This document shows, piece by piece, positions 10,440 through 21,168 of a stretch of 64,000 bases of DNA. This DNA is from an uncultured Acidobacteriota bacterium (GTDB lineage: Bacteria > Acidobacteriota > Blastocatellia > RBC074). The DNA lies in the NCBI GenBank assembly GCA_963796275.1, contig CAWCKY010000006.1, forward strand, positions 2,592,001 to 2,656,000, in the 5' to 3' direction. Made by a program: the position numbers and the translations under genes. Positions within the stretch are counted from its first letter, which is position 1. Each line of letters starts with the position of its first letter. The notes under the pieces were generated by a model, which did not search any database, was not told where the DNA came from, and worked only from the letters and a program-made list of their open reading frames with translations.

Positions 10440-10886
10440 ATGAAGAAGTTCGCTTTGTATTCCGTTTTGATTGCAGTTGTGTTTATGTCAGTCTGGCATT
10501 CCGCCTCTATAGCTCAGAGCGCCGAGGATGCCGCGGCGCACGTCCCGCTTGAAAACTACCTCAAGGGCCATGCGACCGGTGACAGCGATTACATACGGAA
10601 AGCTTTTCATCCCGATGCCAAAGTCTTTTCATTCCGCGACGGCAAAATCAATCAATTGACATTGGCCGAATTCGCCGCGCTCTTCACAGGCAAACCCGCG
10701 CCCGACGAGGCGCAGCGCAAGCGCAAGATCGATAGCGTCAAGATCACGGGCAACGCCGGCTTCGGCGTCATCGTGCTCGACTATCCGACGGTCAAATTCA
10801 CGGATTACATGTCGCTGCTGAAAGTCGACGGCGAGTGGAAGATCATCAACAAGACTTTTTACGCGGAACTGAAGGGAAAAACGTAG
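10440..10886 (+). CDS. NTF2-like (putative lumazine-binding family) secreted protein
   Basis: RBS ggag then MKKFALY signal peptide; YLKGH..GD...RKAFHPDAK and FTDYMSLLKVDGEWKIINK. Confidence 0.85.
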   Translation: MKKFALYSVLIAVVFMSVWHSASIAQSAEDAAAHVPLENYLKGHATGDSDYIRKAFHPDAKVFSFRDGKINQLTLAEFAALFTGKPAPDEAQRKRKIDSVKITGNAGFGVIVLDYPTVKFTDYMSLLKVDGEWKIINKTFYAELKGKT

Positions 10887-11134
10887 TAACAGTCATTTCA
10901 AATTTTTACCCGACAAGCGACAGACTGGAGCTATTTCTGGCCTAATCCCAGAATGCAATCCTGCAAAATGACGAGGTACACCAGGCATCGAATCGAGCCT
11001 TGAGTTCAAGTAAGTCGTGAGGAAGATTGTGATCCAGCGGAACCGCCAACAGTGGGATTATGTGCTGATGGTGAAAATATAGGAAGAGCCGTAGCAATTC
11101 CCGCCGCCGCCGCGCCGAAAGCACACAGTAGAAA

Positions 11135-12439
11135 TCACGACCGGCTCGGTTCGACCCATTTGCCGTTGAGCATGACACGTTTAATGCGCCGCATCGCCGC
11201 CAGGTCTTTGAGCGGGTCGCCGTCAATCAGAATAAGATCGGCGAGCTTGCCTGCTTCGATACTGCCCAGCCGGTCGGCGATGCGGAAGAACCGCGCGTTC
11301 TCCATTGTTCCCGCCACCAGCGCTTCCATCGGCGATAGGCCACTGGCGACCAGTAATTCCAGTTCACGCTGATAAGCCCATCCACGTTCAGCGTACGGCA
11401 CGCTCGAGTGTGACCCAACGACGACACGCCCGCCTGCGCGTTTGACCATTCCGACAAATTTGAGCATCTGGCCGAAAGCGCGCACCTGCGTCTCAGACGC
11501 TTTCATGTCGCCCGCCTGTTTTTCAAACACGGCCAGCGTGGGAGAAACGAAGGTTCCGCGTTGCGCAATCAATGCTAGCAGTGGGTGCACGCGCGGCGCG
11601 TTCAGATCAAGCTCGCTCCATACCTTGTAACGTCCTTCGCGGCGCGCGTTGTTGTCGGCGATCATGGCTTGGCGATACTTCTCGGCTTCGCGCGGCAGCA
11701 CTAGCGCCGGGCCGAATGAAGTGACGTGTTCGATCCCGTCAACTCCCGCGCGGATTGCGTCGGCGGCGTCAACGATTTCCAAGTGCGCGGTTACAGGTAC
11801 CCCGCGCGCGTGCGCTGTTTCAACAGCGACGCGAATCAAACCCAACGGCAAGCGGAAGTAAACTTTGATGACCGATGCGCCCTGTTCCACAAAGCGATTG
11901 ACCGCGAGGCGCGTCTCTTCGGCATCCCGCACAATAAAAGCGTCATGTGGGTAAGCGGGCGGCGCGTCGTCCAAGTGCGGGCCGGCGAGAAACAGGCGTG
12001 GCAGCGGCTGACCAGATTGTCGCACGCCGTCGTAGGCTTCTATCCACGCGCCGGGATCGCGCACTGATGTGACTCCCTGACTGAGAAAAAGCGACGGCAA
12101 TCCTTCGTCGCCGTCCAGATGAAAATGCGCATCAATCAACCCGGGCAGCAAGGTCAGCCCGCTGGCTTCGATGATGGCGGCGGCTTTGGGAATGGTGACC
12201 GCACCGCGTGCGCCAACGGCGACGATCTTTTCGCCGCGCACGATAACGACCGCATCTTTCACAGGCGAGTCCCCGCGTCCATCAATCAAAGTCGAGCCGA
12301 CGATGGCAATCGTTTGGTTTGCGGCGGGTTTCGCGACTTCATTGACTTCGCGCATCGAGACCCGAGGCTGCGCGGCGAGACTCGCGCTCACCACGATCAG
12401 CGACAAGAGTAAAATATGGATTCGCATCTTCGGCTTCAT
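11135..12439 (-). CDS. Amidohydrolase family protein, secreted
   Basis: Signal peptide; LLPGLIDAHFH, IKVY, VTAH, GIEH and GSIEAGKLADLILIDGDPL. Confidence 0.9.
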   Translation of the reverse strand: MKPKMRIHILLLSLIVVSASLAAQPRVSMREVNEVAKPAANQTIAIVGSTLIDGRGDSPVKDAVVIVRGEKIVAVGARGAVTIPKAAAIIEASGLTLLPGLIDAHFHLDGDEGLPSLFLSQGVTSVRDPGAWIEAYDGVRQSGQPLPRLFLAGPHLDDAPPAYPHDAFIVRDAEETRLAVNRFVEQGASVIKVYFRLPLGLIRVAVETAHARGVPVTAHLEIVDAADAIRAGVDGIEHVTSFGPALVLPREAEKYRQAMIADNNARREGRYKVWSELDLNAPRVHPLLALIAQRGTFVSPTLAVFEKQAGDMKASETQVRAFGQMLKFVGMVKRAGGRVVVGSHSSVPYAERGWAYQRELELLVASGLSPMEALVAGTMENARFFRIADRLGSIEAGKLADLILIDGDPLKDLAAMRRIKRVMLNGKWVEPSRS

Positions 12440-12719
12440 TTGTTTGGTGGCGGCTGGAAGCTACATACTTCCGCTGCCGCGGGCTTGAAACTTAATCCAG
12501 GAGAAATAATACCTCGACAGTAAAATTACTTTAGTATCACTTTAGAATATTCATTTCGATGCGGTTCTTTGATAATAGCCAGGCCACTCGACGCGGGGAA
12601 GGCGCCGGTTGGGTGGACCAATTACCGCGCTCGACTCGAGGCCATAGGCCGCTCTCGGTATATCTTGCATAGTACCAGCTTTTGATGCCCGGGCGTACTT
12701 CGGCAGCGGCTTATCCACC

Positions 12720-12995
12720 CGCTCCTGCTTGCGTTCGAATTCTGTCCGCCAGACCTCTAAAACACGTTGCAGCCCATAGCCATTGCCCGAGTAGCCTCGC
12801 GCTTTGATTTCAGCCAGAAGGTCTTCAAATCGATGACACCCTTCTTCCATCGGCGTCTGACGTAAGGTAGATATATGTCGATTGGAGATCGATCTCCCTG
12901 TGGCTTGGCGCGTTCGGGAAAACCTTCGGCTGTAGCGTACTTCTGCGCTGTCAACCAATGAATGTTCAATCGCCTTGCAATTTGGTTTGTTGTGC
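12720..12995 (-). pseudogene. ISL3-family transposase internal fragment
   Basis: Two frames give NQIARRLNIHWLTAQKYATAEGFPER..SPIDIYLPYVRRRW and EEGCHRFEDLLAEIKARGYSG, matching the HTH/middle region of ISL3 transposases. Confidence 0.7.
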
Positions 12996-13200
12996 AAGCC
13001 TCGGGCAGCCAAACGCCAACGTAGCGCGTGGTGAATCCGGATGATTGGTTACGGTCATAGTTTTCTAATTTCCCATTGACATCCGACAAATCGTCAATTA
13101 CGCTCTGCCTTGTCGAGTATCGAGGGGGCATATAAAAAAACAAAAACCGATCTGTTGCCAGGAACCCTCAACCTGCTAGTGTTCGAGAGGATACGGCATG

Positions 13201-13358
13201 CGATTGATGAGGAGCATGCTCTTCGGCTTAAGCGCGAATGATTTCGCAACTTTGGAATCATCGCATTGCTGGTGACATCCGCCTTCCTCCTCGCCTGTCT
13301 GATTCCGGCGCTGCGGGCGACCAGGATGGATCCCATGATTTCGCTCCGACATGATTGA
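13201..13358 (+). pseudogene. Orphan C-terminal tail of an ADOP/MacB-type permease
   Basis: RLMRSMLFGLSANDFAT / frameshift / FGIIALLVTSAFLLACLIPALRATRMDPMISLRHD*, the same C-terminal motif as the intact permeases at 40-56 kb. Confidence 0.8.
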
Positions 13359-13445
13359 CGAAACTTTACCGCCGTTTTCACGCGACGGAAGGTTTTGATG
13401 ATTTTCCGTCTATTCCGTATTCTCTCTTTACCTATGGAGGAAGCT

Positions 13446-15245
13446 ATGAAAAGAATTCTTTCCAGGATGCCGATTCTCGTATCTATCTTCCTGCTGGCTG
13501 GTTTCAGTCAATCCAGCACCGAATCACGGATCAAAAGCGTAGAGAAAGGGTTGCTGCCTCCGATACTGATCAAGGGCGATGCAACCTGGACCATCGAAGA
13601 GAGGATGAAGCACTACAATGTGGCGGGCCTCAGCGTAGCCGTCATCAACAACTTCAAGGTCGAATGGGCGAAGGCCTATGGCCTGAAAGATATCGAAACG
13701 AAGGAACCAGTCTCGACAGAGACGCTCTTCCAGGCCGCATCAATCAGCAAGCCCGTGACCGCCATGATCGCGTTGAAGAAGGCTCAGGAGGGCAAGATCG
13801 CGCTCGATGAAGATATCAATAACAGGTTGACATCGTGGAAGCTGCCGGATAACGAATGGAAAAAGAAGGTTACGCTCGCCAACCTGCTGACCCACACCGC
13901 CGGCCTCACAGTACACGGTTTTCCCGGATACGCAGTCGGTGAACAACTCCCTACGGTCCCACAGATTCTCGACGGAGTCGTACCCGCAAACACGGCTCCC
14001 GTGCGAGTAGACATGGAGCCGGGCACGAAGTTCAGATACTCCGGCGGCGGGACGACAATCGCCCAGTTCGCGATCATGAGTATAGAGAAGAAACCATACC
14101 CACAGATTGCTGAGGAGACCGTGTTGGGGCCATTGAAGATGACCAACAGTACTTATAACCAGCCGTTGCCCGATGATTGGAGGAAGAAGGCCGCCTCAGG
14201 CCACCGGGGAGATGGAAATCTCGTCAAAGGCAAGATTCACATCTACCCCGAAATGGCGCCGGCGGGCCTGTGGACGACACCGACCGATCTGGCAAATTTC
14301 GCCATCGAAGTCCAGCTCTCGCTGGCCGGCAAATCGAACAAAGTGCTGTCAAAAGGGATGGCAGAGAAGATGGTCACCCCATTCATTGAAGATTTTGTCG
14401 GGATGGGCTTCTTTCTGGAGAAGCATGGCCAGGCGCTCTACTTCGGACACGGTGGTTCGAACGAAGGCTTCAAGTCGCAGTTGCTGGTCCATAAAGATAA
14501 AGGTTATGGCGTCGTGGTCATGGTCAATTCTGACAACGCCCCGATCATCAACGAAGTCATACGAAGCATCGCGCGCGAGTATGGCTGGGAAGATTACCTG
14601 CCAGCGCCTTATGAAATCACATCGATCGTGCCGGAGAAGCTCGACCAGTACGACGGCCGTTATCAGATCGGCCCGGATAGTGTATTACAGGTGGCCACGG
14701 AGAACGGTAAACTCTATGTGCAGCCGACAGAGGGCCCTAAATTCGAGATATTCCCGGTCTCTGAATCCGACTTCATCGCCAAAAAAGAGAATTTCAAATT
14801 GACCTTCGTCAAAAATCCGGGTGGCAAGGTCGATACCATAAAGATAGAACCCAGCGGCGGAAGATCTTTCGAGAGCACCCGGATGGCTGATGGCGCCCTG
14901 ATCCCTTATGAGAAGTTGATGGCGGGCAAGATCGTAGAGGCTCTCGAAGATTATCGTAGAATCAGAGGAGAAATGCCCGAATTACCGGCGATCCAGGAGT
15001 GGAGGCTTAACACACTCGGTTATTCGCTGATGCAGCAAAAGAAGATGGCAGAAGCGATTGCGATCTTTAAACTGAATGCCGAGTTCAATCCCAAGTCATC
15101 CAACGTCTATGACAGCCTCGGCGAGGCTTACATGACGAATGGGGATAAGCAGCTGGCCATTACGAATTACAGAAAGTCGTTGGAATTGAATCCGAAGAGT
15201 GAAAACGGTGTTCGGAAGTTGAAGAACCTCGAAAACAAAAGATGA
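13446..15245 (+). CDS. Serine hydrolase (beta-lactamase/AmpC family) with DUF3471-like and C-terminal TPR domains
   Basis: RBS ggagg; SxxK (AASISK), LLTHTAG, FRYSGGG and GHGG motifs; TPR-like LNTLGY..VYDSLGEAY..YRKSLELNP. Confidence 0.9.
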   Translation: MKRILSRMPILVSIFLLAGFSQSSTESRIKSVEKGLLPPILIKGDATWTIEERMKHYNVAGLSVAVINNFKVEWAKAYGLKDIETKEPVSTETLFQAASISKPVTAMIALKKAQEGKIALDEDINNRLTSWKLPDNEWKKKVTLANLLTHTAGLTVHGFPGYAVGEQLPTVPQILDGVVPANTAPVRVDMEPGTKFRYSGGGTTIAQFAIMSIEKKPYPQIAEETVLGPLKMTNSTYNQPLPDDWRKKAASGHRGDGNLVKGKIHIYPEMAPAGLWTTPTDLANFAIEVQLSLAGKSNKVLSKGMAEKMVTPFIEDFVGMGFFLEKHGQALYFGHGGSNEGFKSQLLVHKDKGYGVVVMVNSDNAPIINEVIRSIAREYGWEDYLPAPYEITSIVPEKLDQYDGRYQIGPDSVLQVATENGKLYVQPTEGPKFEIFPVSESDFIAKKENFKLTFVKNPGGKVDTIKIEPSGGRSFESTRMADGALIPYEKLMAGKIVEALEDYRRIRGEMPELPAIQEWRLNTLGYSLMQQKKMAEAIAIFKLNAEFNPKSSNVYDSLGEAYMTNGDKQLAITNYRKSLELNPKSENGVRKLKNLENKR

Positions 15246-15381
15246 GGAGGATGCAGTATTTGAAAAGTGTGACGCTCCAGAAACTGTCATAACATTTAAT
15301 ATCTTCTCAACCGACCTGTGGTATTAATACGCCCATTCGTTAGCTGTCCAGATAACGGATTACACTACACAGGCGATATAT

Positions 15382-17489
15382 ATGAATCCACACATTCTCT
15401 ACTTCTCGACGGTAATAGTTCTATCGACATCAATTATTTCACCATGCTTCTTCCAGGAAAGATTTGGCTTTCCGGGACTGACGCCGCCAACACAGTCGCC
15501 AGGGTATATCGGCGCAGTAAACGCGCAAAAGGGCGAGAGGCGAAAATTGATTGACGGGAAAGCGATCGAGGCAATAATGCCGAAGGTTCTCAAAGAGGGG
15601 AATCCGACGAAGAGCAGGTGGACCACAGAGGCTACAGATGAAGGACGCAGCCTGGGGCTCGCCATGCATGCGGAAGTTTTGGGACTGGCGCCGGAAGATA
15701 TAGATCATGCGATACGCGAGTGGGGCGTAAAACGGAAGACCGATACTTACATGGGCTGGCGGCTCTCTATGAGAAGAACTACCCGACAGCGACCAGATTG
15801 CTGACGCAAACCTATGAAAAGCGAAAAGACTCGGGACAGCAGGATGAAACGGACCTGGCGGACGCCGCATTCTTCCTCGGTCAATCTCTTTACGGCCAAC
15901 ATAAGTACGGCGCGGCCGCGGACAAGTTTCATGAAGCCGCATTACTGAGAGAAGACGATCCATACGTCTTAAACTGGCTTGGGATAAGTCTTCATCAGAT
16001 AACAGAGTACGCGGAAGCCGAACCGCTGCTCGAGCGCGCGCTCAAAATTCGCGAAAAGGAGCTGGGCGAGAATCATCCGTCCACCTCAACCAGCCTCATC
16101 AACCTGGCGAGGCTCTACTACGCAGAGCGGAAGCCCGCAGAGGCAGAACCGCTGCTCGAGCGCGCACTCGAGATCCGCGAGAAGTGCCTGGGCAAGGGGC
16201 ATCCATCGCTGGTTGCCACGCTTCAGGATCTCGCCGCCGTCTATCAGTATCGAGGCAAGGATGGGGAAGCCGAATCTCGCTTGAGGCGCGCGATCGACAT
16301 TCAGGAGAAGGCGCTGGGCGTGGATCACCCGGCCATTGCACGGAGCCTCGAGGAGCTCGGGAGATTCTTCTCTACCAGGGGCTTTTTCCAGGAGTCCGAA
16401 CCGTTCTACAGGCGCGCGCTCGTGATTCGCGAGCAGAAGCTGGGCAAGGACCATCCGGATACCATCGGTAGTTTTCTGATGGTGCTTTTCAGTGGTGCGA
16501 TCAATAACCCGCAACGGTTTGTAGAGTTCGAAGCTCGCTGCCGGAACGAGTTCAATGAAAGTGAGAAGAAATGGGGGCCCGATCATCCGAAGACCGCTGC
16601 CAATCTCATTACTCTCGCAGAACTCTACTTTCACTGGCATAGGTATGAAGATGCCGAGCCGCTCTTCAGGCGCGCCCTCGTTATTCGCGAGAAGGGGCAG
16701 GGGCAGGGGCAGGGGCAGAATCACCCAACTATTATCCATATACTCATGAGGCTTGCCCGAATCTATAACGAGGAAAATAAGCTCGAGCTGGTCGAACCAC
16801 TCTACCGGCGCGAGCTCGAGATCAAGGAGCAGACGCTGGGTAAGGACCATACGTCCCTGCTCGAAAGTCTGCACCTGCTCGCCGATCATTGCGAATCGCG
16901 GGGAGAGTTCGGAGAAGCTGAAGCTCTTTATTTGCGCGCACTCGCAATCGATGAGCAAGTCCTGGGCAAAAAACAGTCGTCCAAATCTCACCTCCGCGAG
17001 AGCCTGGAGCAACTTAAGACAAAGCGGAGCAGGTATCTTGAGGCTGAATCTCAGTACCAGCGCTCACTCATGGTTCGCGAGACGGAAATGGGCCCGTATC
17101 ATCCGGAGACTGCCAGTGTCCTCGACGATTTGGGAGCTTTCTACAATTCGAATGGGAATGATAAAAAGGCCGAGCCGCTCTTGAAGCGCGCGCTCGAGGT
17201 ACGTGAACAGGCGTTGGGTCCTGCTCATCCGGAAACCGCCGAGACTCTCTGGCATCTCGCCCGAGTCTACTCCGGACTGGGTAAGTATCAAGAAGCCGAG
17301 CCGCTTTTTCGGCGTGCCATGGAATCCTATGAGAAATTACAGAGCGCGTATCAACAGGATTTAGCGTGGATGTTGAGCCGCCAGCTGCGTGAAAAATCTC
17401 CTCAGAATGTTCGTGCGCGATCTTTGCTTGGACAACTGAACCGAAGGCTCGGACACCGCTGCTCGCACATTACGAACGACTTCCAGTAG
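15382..17489 (+). CDS. Tetratricopeptide-repeat (kinesin light chain-like) protein, split by one frameshift at about 15725
   Basis: Repeated AEPL..RAL.IRE..LG..HP..A.SL units. ORFs 15382-15804 and 15720-17489 join at a G run (tgggg, 15721-15725) to give AIREWGRKTEDRYLHGLAAL. Confidence 0.8.
16695..16718 (+). repeat. (GGGCAG)x4 in-frame microsatellite encoding GQGQGQGQ
   Basis: Seen directly; it replaces the usual 'xLG' of one TPR linker. Confidence 0.85.
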
Positions 17490-17660
17490 TAGTTTCTGGG
17501 CGTCTGCGTGGTGCTCGCTCGATGACCAGAGACCGCTTGGCGTCCACTGCTATGGCTTGCGCGAAATTATTGAGGGATGTCGCGGCAAAAATGCCCTCCG
17601 GTAGCTGAACGAACCGCGCTCCTTAAGACCGAACTCGTCAAAATCCGATTAGCTCCTGAT

Positions 17661-20600
17661 TCAATACTTAAACGACTTGTCAGGATGATTGGGAGCTTTG
17701 GGCACCGGGCGTGGATCCTTCTTTATCAATTCCTCCAAATGTTTAATAGCTGCATCGAGCTGAGCATCATACCCATTAAAGGTAGCGTGAGGCAGATTGT
17801 CTACGACGATATCCGGATCGACACCGTGACCCTCGATCAGCCAATGTCCTTCGGGTGAATAGACGCCGGTCTCTGAAGCCGTCGCGATACCTCGGTCTGC
17901 CAGCTGGTTCGATGCCGACAGCCATATCTCTCCGCCCCAGGTCCGGCTGCCAATGACTTTTCCAAGGCCGAGCCTTCGGAATCCCTCGGCAAAGGCTTCG
18001 CCGTCGCTCGCCGTGTATTCATCCACGAGGACAACCAGGTGTCCACGGAACGCATACTGCATATTCCAATACGGATTTCCCACACGCGGCTGCCAGTAGA
18101 ACCAGGCTTTGCGCAGGAGCTTTCCGAGAATCCAGGAATCGATGTTGCCGCCGCCGTTGTGCCGAACATCAATGATGAGCCCCTGCCGGTTGAAGACCGG
18201 ATAGTATTCCCGCACCCATTGGGAGATGTCATTCGATCCCATTGCACGCAAGTGCAAGTAACCGATCTGTCCCTTGCCGGCTTCATCTACCTGGGAGCGC
18301 CGTGTGTACTCCCATTCCGAATAACGTAATCCTGACTCTTGCTCCATGGTGATCGGCCTGACGATACTATCCCGCCTGGCGCCGGCGGAATTAACTACGC
18401 CCAATAGCACCTGTTTGCCTGCTTTATCCCTGAGAAGCACCCCGATGTCCGATTCCGACAGGGTATCAACTCCATTGATCTGTGTAATGACATCTCCTTC
18501 GGCGACATCGACTCCCAATTTGGCAAGCGGCGATTGTAGATTCGGCAAATCCGGATCGTTTTTATAGATATGCTTCACCCGATAGCCGCCCGCCCGGTGA
18601 TCGCGTTCGAGCAGCGCGCCGAGCGAGCCAATCTGTACTTGATCGGTTCCGCGCCGCACATCGCCGCCTCTGATAAAAGTGTGAAGAGCCGACAACTCTC
18701 CCATCATTTGAGCGATGACATCGTTCAGCTCCGGGCGGTCGGTAACGCGATCGACCAGGGGAAAATATTTCTCACGCATGGCGGTCCAATCGACGCCATG
18801 CATCTTTCGGTCATAGAAATAATCGCGCTCCATTCGCCAGGCATCGATAAACAATTCACGAAATTCATCGCGTGGTTTGAGGGGGAAACTCCATTCGCTC
18901 AGATTTACGCGAGCATCTGTCAGCATTTTTGGAACAGTGAGCGCAGTCCCTTTGGCGTCAGAGTCAAAGACGTAAAACTCCTCGCCGCGCCTGATGAGCA
19001 TCTTTTTCCCATTCTGCGATAACTCATAGCCGTTTATTTCTCCGATGACAGTCTCGACCTCGATTTTATGAGTAATTTCGACTGCCTTGAGCGCTACCCT
19101 CGGCGGGAGATCGGCGGAATTATCCCGATCGAGCCAGAGTAATCGTTTGTTAGTGACCGCCAGTCCCGAATAGTTTCCCGCTGGAACCGGCGGTTCGTAT
19201 AATCGGGTGATCAACCCTTCGCGCTCGATTTCAACCTTCACGGCTTCCATCCTGGGGGGCTCGCTCTTCGCAGCGTCTCCCCCTGGAGGTTCATTCGGTT
19301 TTGGAGTCTCGGGCGCTTTCGTCGCTTCCGAGGATAATTCGTCGGGTGGTTCAAACGGTGACCGCAACCCCTTCTTCAGGCCGAGAGCGAGAATCTTCAT
19401 CGAACGGTCGAAATGTGGATCGGGTTGCCGCGGACCCCAGGGAGCGGGTACGGAACTACGGAGATTTCGATCGGAGAGAAAATAGAGCCACTTGCCGTCC
19501 GTGCTCCAGGCGGGATTACCACTGTTATAACGGTCTGAGGTTGCGGTAGTAATGGTTCCATCCTCGACGTTATAGAGCTTGATCTGGTTGAATGTATTGT
19601 CGGCCGATTCCACGTACGCAAGCCAGCGGCTATCTGGTGACCAGGAGAGATGATCGAAATCATCATTCATCGATTGTGCGATGCGCTTGTTTGACTTCGA
19701 GCGGGTGTCATAAAGCCAGAGCTGCTGATCCTTGTCCCGATGGGCAATCCAGTTACCATCCGGGGATGGCCGGCCGTCCCACCGCAGAACCTTGCCGTCC
19801 GTGGTCAATCGTTCCGGGCTTCCAATTCCAGAGGCGGGGAATTTCCAGAACTCAAGCTCTCCTGATTCGCTGGACAGGGCAAGGATGGACTTCCCATCAG
19901 GCATGAAATGTGCGTTGCGATACCTCACCCCGGGTTTGGCTGCGACGGTTACCAGTCTTCCGGATTTCGACGGCGCAACAAATAGCATGCCGCGCGCCGT
20001 AAAGACAACAGCATCGCCGTCGGGAGAGAGACCGGCGGTTGTCAGATATTCGATCGGGCGGCGAATCCAGCGCTCTCGCAGATTGTCGAAATCTGATATG
20101 AGCGTGATCGGAATCATAGCGGTCTTACCGGAGCGAAGATCGAGCAGCCACAGATCGGCGCCGTACTGATAGACGATCTTTCCGTTATTATGCGATGGTG
20201 CTTGGATATCCCATCCGCGATGTTTCGTATGTTGTCTCAGGTCTTTTCCATCAGGATTCATTGACCAGATGTTCATTGTGCCGTCACGATCCGTGGCGAA
20301 ATAAACGCGCCCGTTCCAGAACATCGGACGAGAGGAAGTGCCCGGGTAATCCTTGGTAAGCGGAACAGCCTCACTACCGGAAGAAAAACGCCAGATGTTT
20401 TGTGCCGTCCCGCCCTGATATCGTTTGGTAGAGCTCCCCTGAAACGAAAACCGTGTGAAGAAGAGCGTTTCTCCCCGCGCATCGAAATCGCCCTCGGCTG
20501 CTTGCCACAAGGGAAGGACTTCCTGCTTTCCATCAAGAGATAATGCCACGAGCTTCGCGTTAGGCAAGGTCGAATAGCGGTTGGTGCTATAGAGTATGCG

Positions 20601-20942
20601 ACCGTCACGCGTCCACCCGGCAACCAGCACTCTTCCCCCGTCCCAGGTACGACGCACCGGCATCCCTCCATCGATCGGAATGGTATATACCTCTGCCGGG
20701 CCTTCATACTCAGCGGTGAAAGCAACGGTCTTTCCGTCAGGGGAAATCGCCGCATATGTTTCCTGACCCGGGTGCGAAGTCAGCCGTCGTGCGGCACCTC
20801 CCTCAATCGGAACAATCCAAAGATCACCTTCTGCGGAAAATACGATGGTCTTCTCATCGATTGATGGAAATCGATAATAACCAGCGCGCGGCTCGCCAAC
20901 AGCCACTGTGATAAGCGCCATTAGACACAAAAGGTATCGCAT
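17661..20942 (-). CDS. Tricorn protease homolog (peptidase S41, beta-propellers plus PDZ)
   Basis: Signal peptide; IVFSAEGDLW, PD40-like repeats, MMGELSALH, IIDVRHNGGG, TASDGE (catalytic Ser) and IEGHGVDPDI. Confidence 0.93.
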   Translation of the reverse strand: MRYLLCLMALITVAVGEPRAGYYRFPSIDEKTIVFSAEGDLWIVPIEGGAARRLTSHPGQETYAAISPDGKTVAFTAEYEGPAEVYTIPIDGGMPVRRTWDGGRVLVAGWTRDGRILYSTNRYSTLPNAKLVALSLDGKQEVLPLWQAAEGDFDARGETLFFTRFSFQGSSTKRYQGGTAQNIWRFSSGSEAVPLTKDYPGTSSRPMFWNGRVYFATDRDGTMNIWSMNPDGKDLRQHTKHRGWDIQAPSHNNGKIVYQYGADLWLLDLRSGKTAMIPITLISDFDNLRERWIRRPIEYLTTAGLSPDGDAVVFTARGMLFVAPSKSGRLVTVAAKPGVRYRNAHFMPDGKSILALSSESGELEFWKFPASGIGSPERLTTDGKVLRWDGRPSPDGNWIAHRDKDQQLWLYDTRSKSNKRIAQSMNDDFDHLSWSPDSRWLAYVESADNTFNQIKLYNVEDGTITTATSDRYNSGNPAWSTDGKWLYFLSDRNLRSSVPAPWGPRQPDPHFDRSMKILALGLKKGLRSPFEPPDELSSEATKAPETPKPNEPPGGDAAKSEPPRMEAVKVEIEREGLITRLYEPPVPAGNYSGLAVTNKRLLWLDRDNSADLPPRVALKAVEITHKIEVETVIGEINGYELSQNGKKMLIRRGEEFYVFDSDAKGTALTVPKMLTDARVNLSEWSFPLKPRDEFRELFIDAWRMERDYFYDRKMHGVDWTAMREKYFPLVDRVTDRPELNDVIAQMMGELSALHTFIRGGDVRRGTDQVQIGSLGALLERDHRAGGYRVKHIYKNDPDLPNLQSPLAKLGVDVAEGDVITQINGVDTLSESDIGVLLRDKAGKQVLLGVVNSAGARRDSIVRPITMEQESGLRYSEWEYTRRSQVDEAGKGQIGYLHLRAMGSNDISQWVREYYPVFNRQGLIIDVRHNGGGNIDSWILGKLLRKAWFYWQPRVGNPYWNMQYAFRGHLVVLVDEYTASDGEAFAEGFRRLGLGKVIGSRTWGGEIWLSASNQLADRGIATASETGVYSPEGHWLIEGHGVDPDIVVDNLPHATFNGYDAQLDAAIKHLEELIKKDPRPVPKAPNHPDKSFKY

Positions 20943-21168
20943 GAATTTCTCCTCGAAAAACTGTTGAAAGATAGAGCGTGAGTTGCGTCGAAATGCGTGG
21001 TTGCCGGCTCGCCGCTTAATAAAAAAGTAGTGCGAGCCTTCGCAGAGAATATACCTGCGGACAGGAAGTGTCCATCAGACCGCCTGATTAACGCGGCTGG
21101 GTTGCGATCTGCTCGGCGTCGTGCGTTTCGATGAATACGTGCGCGGAATGGGTAGCGCTCATCGTGCT

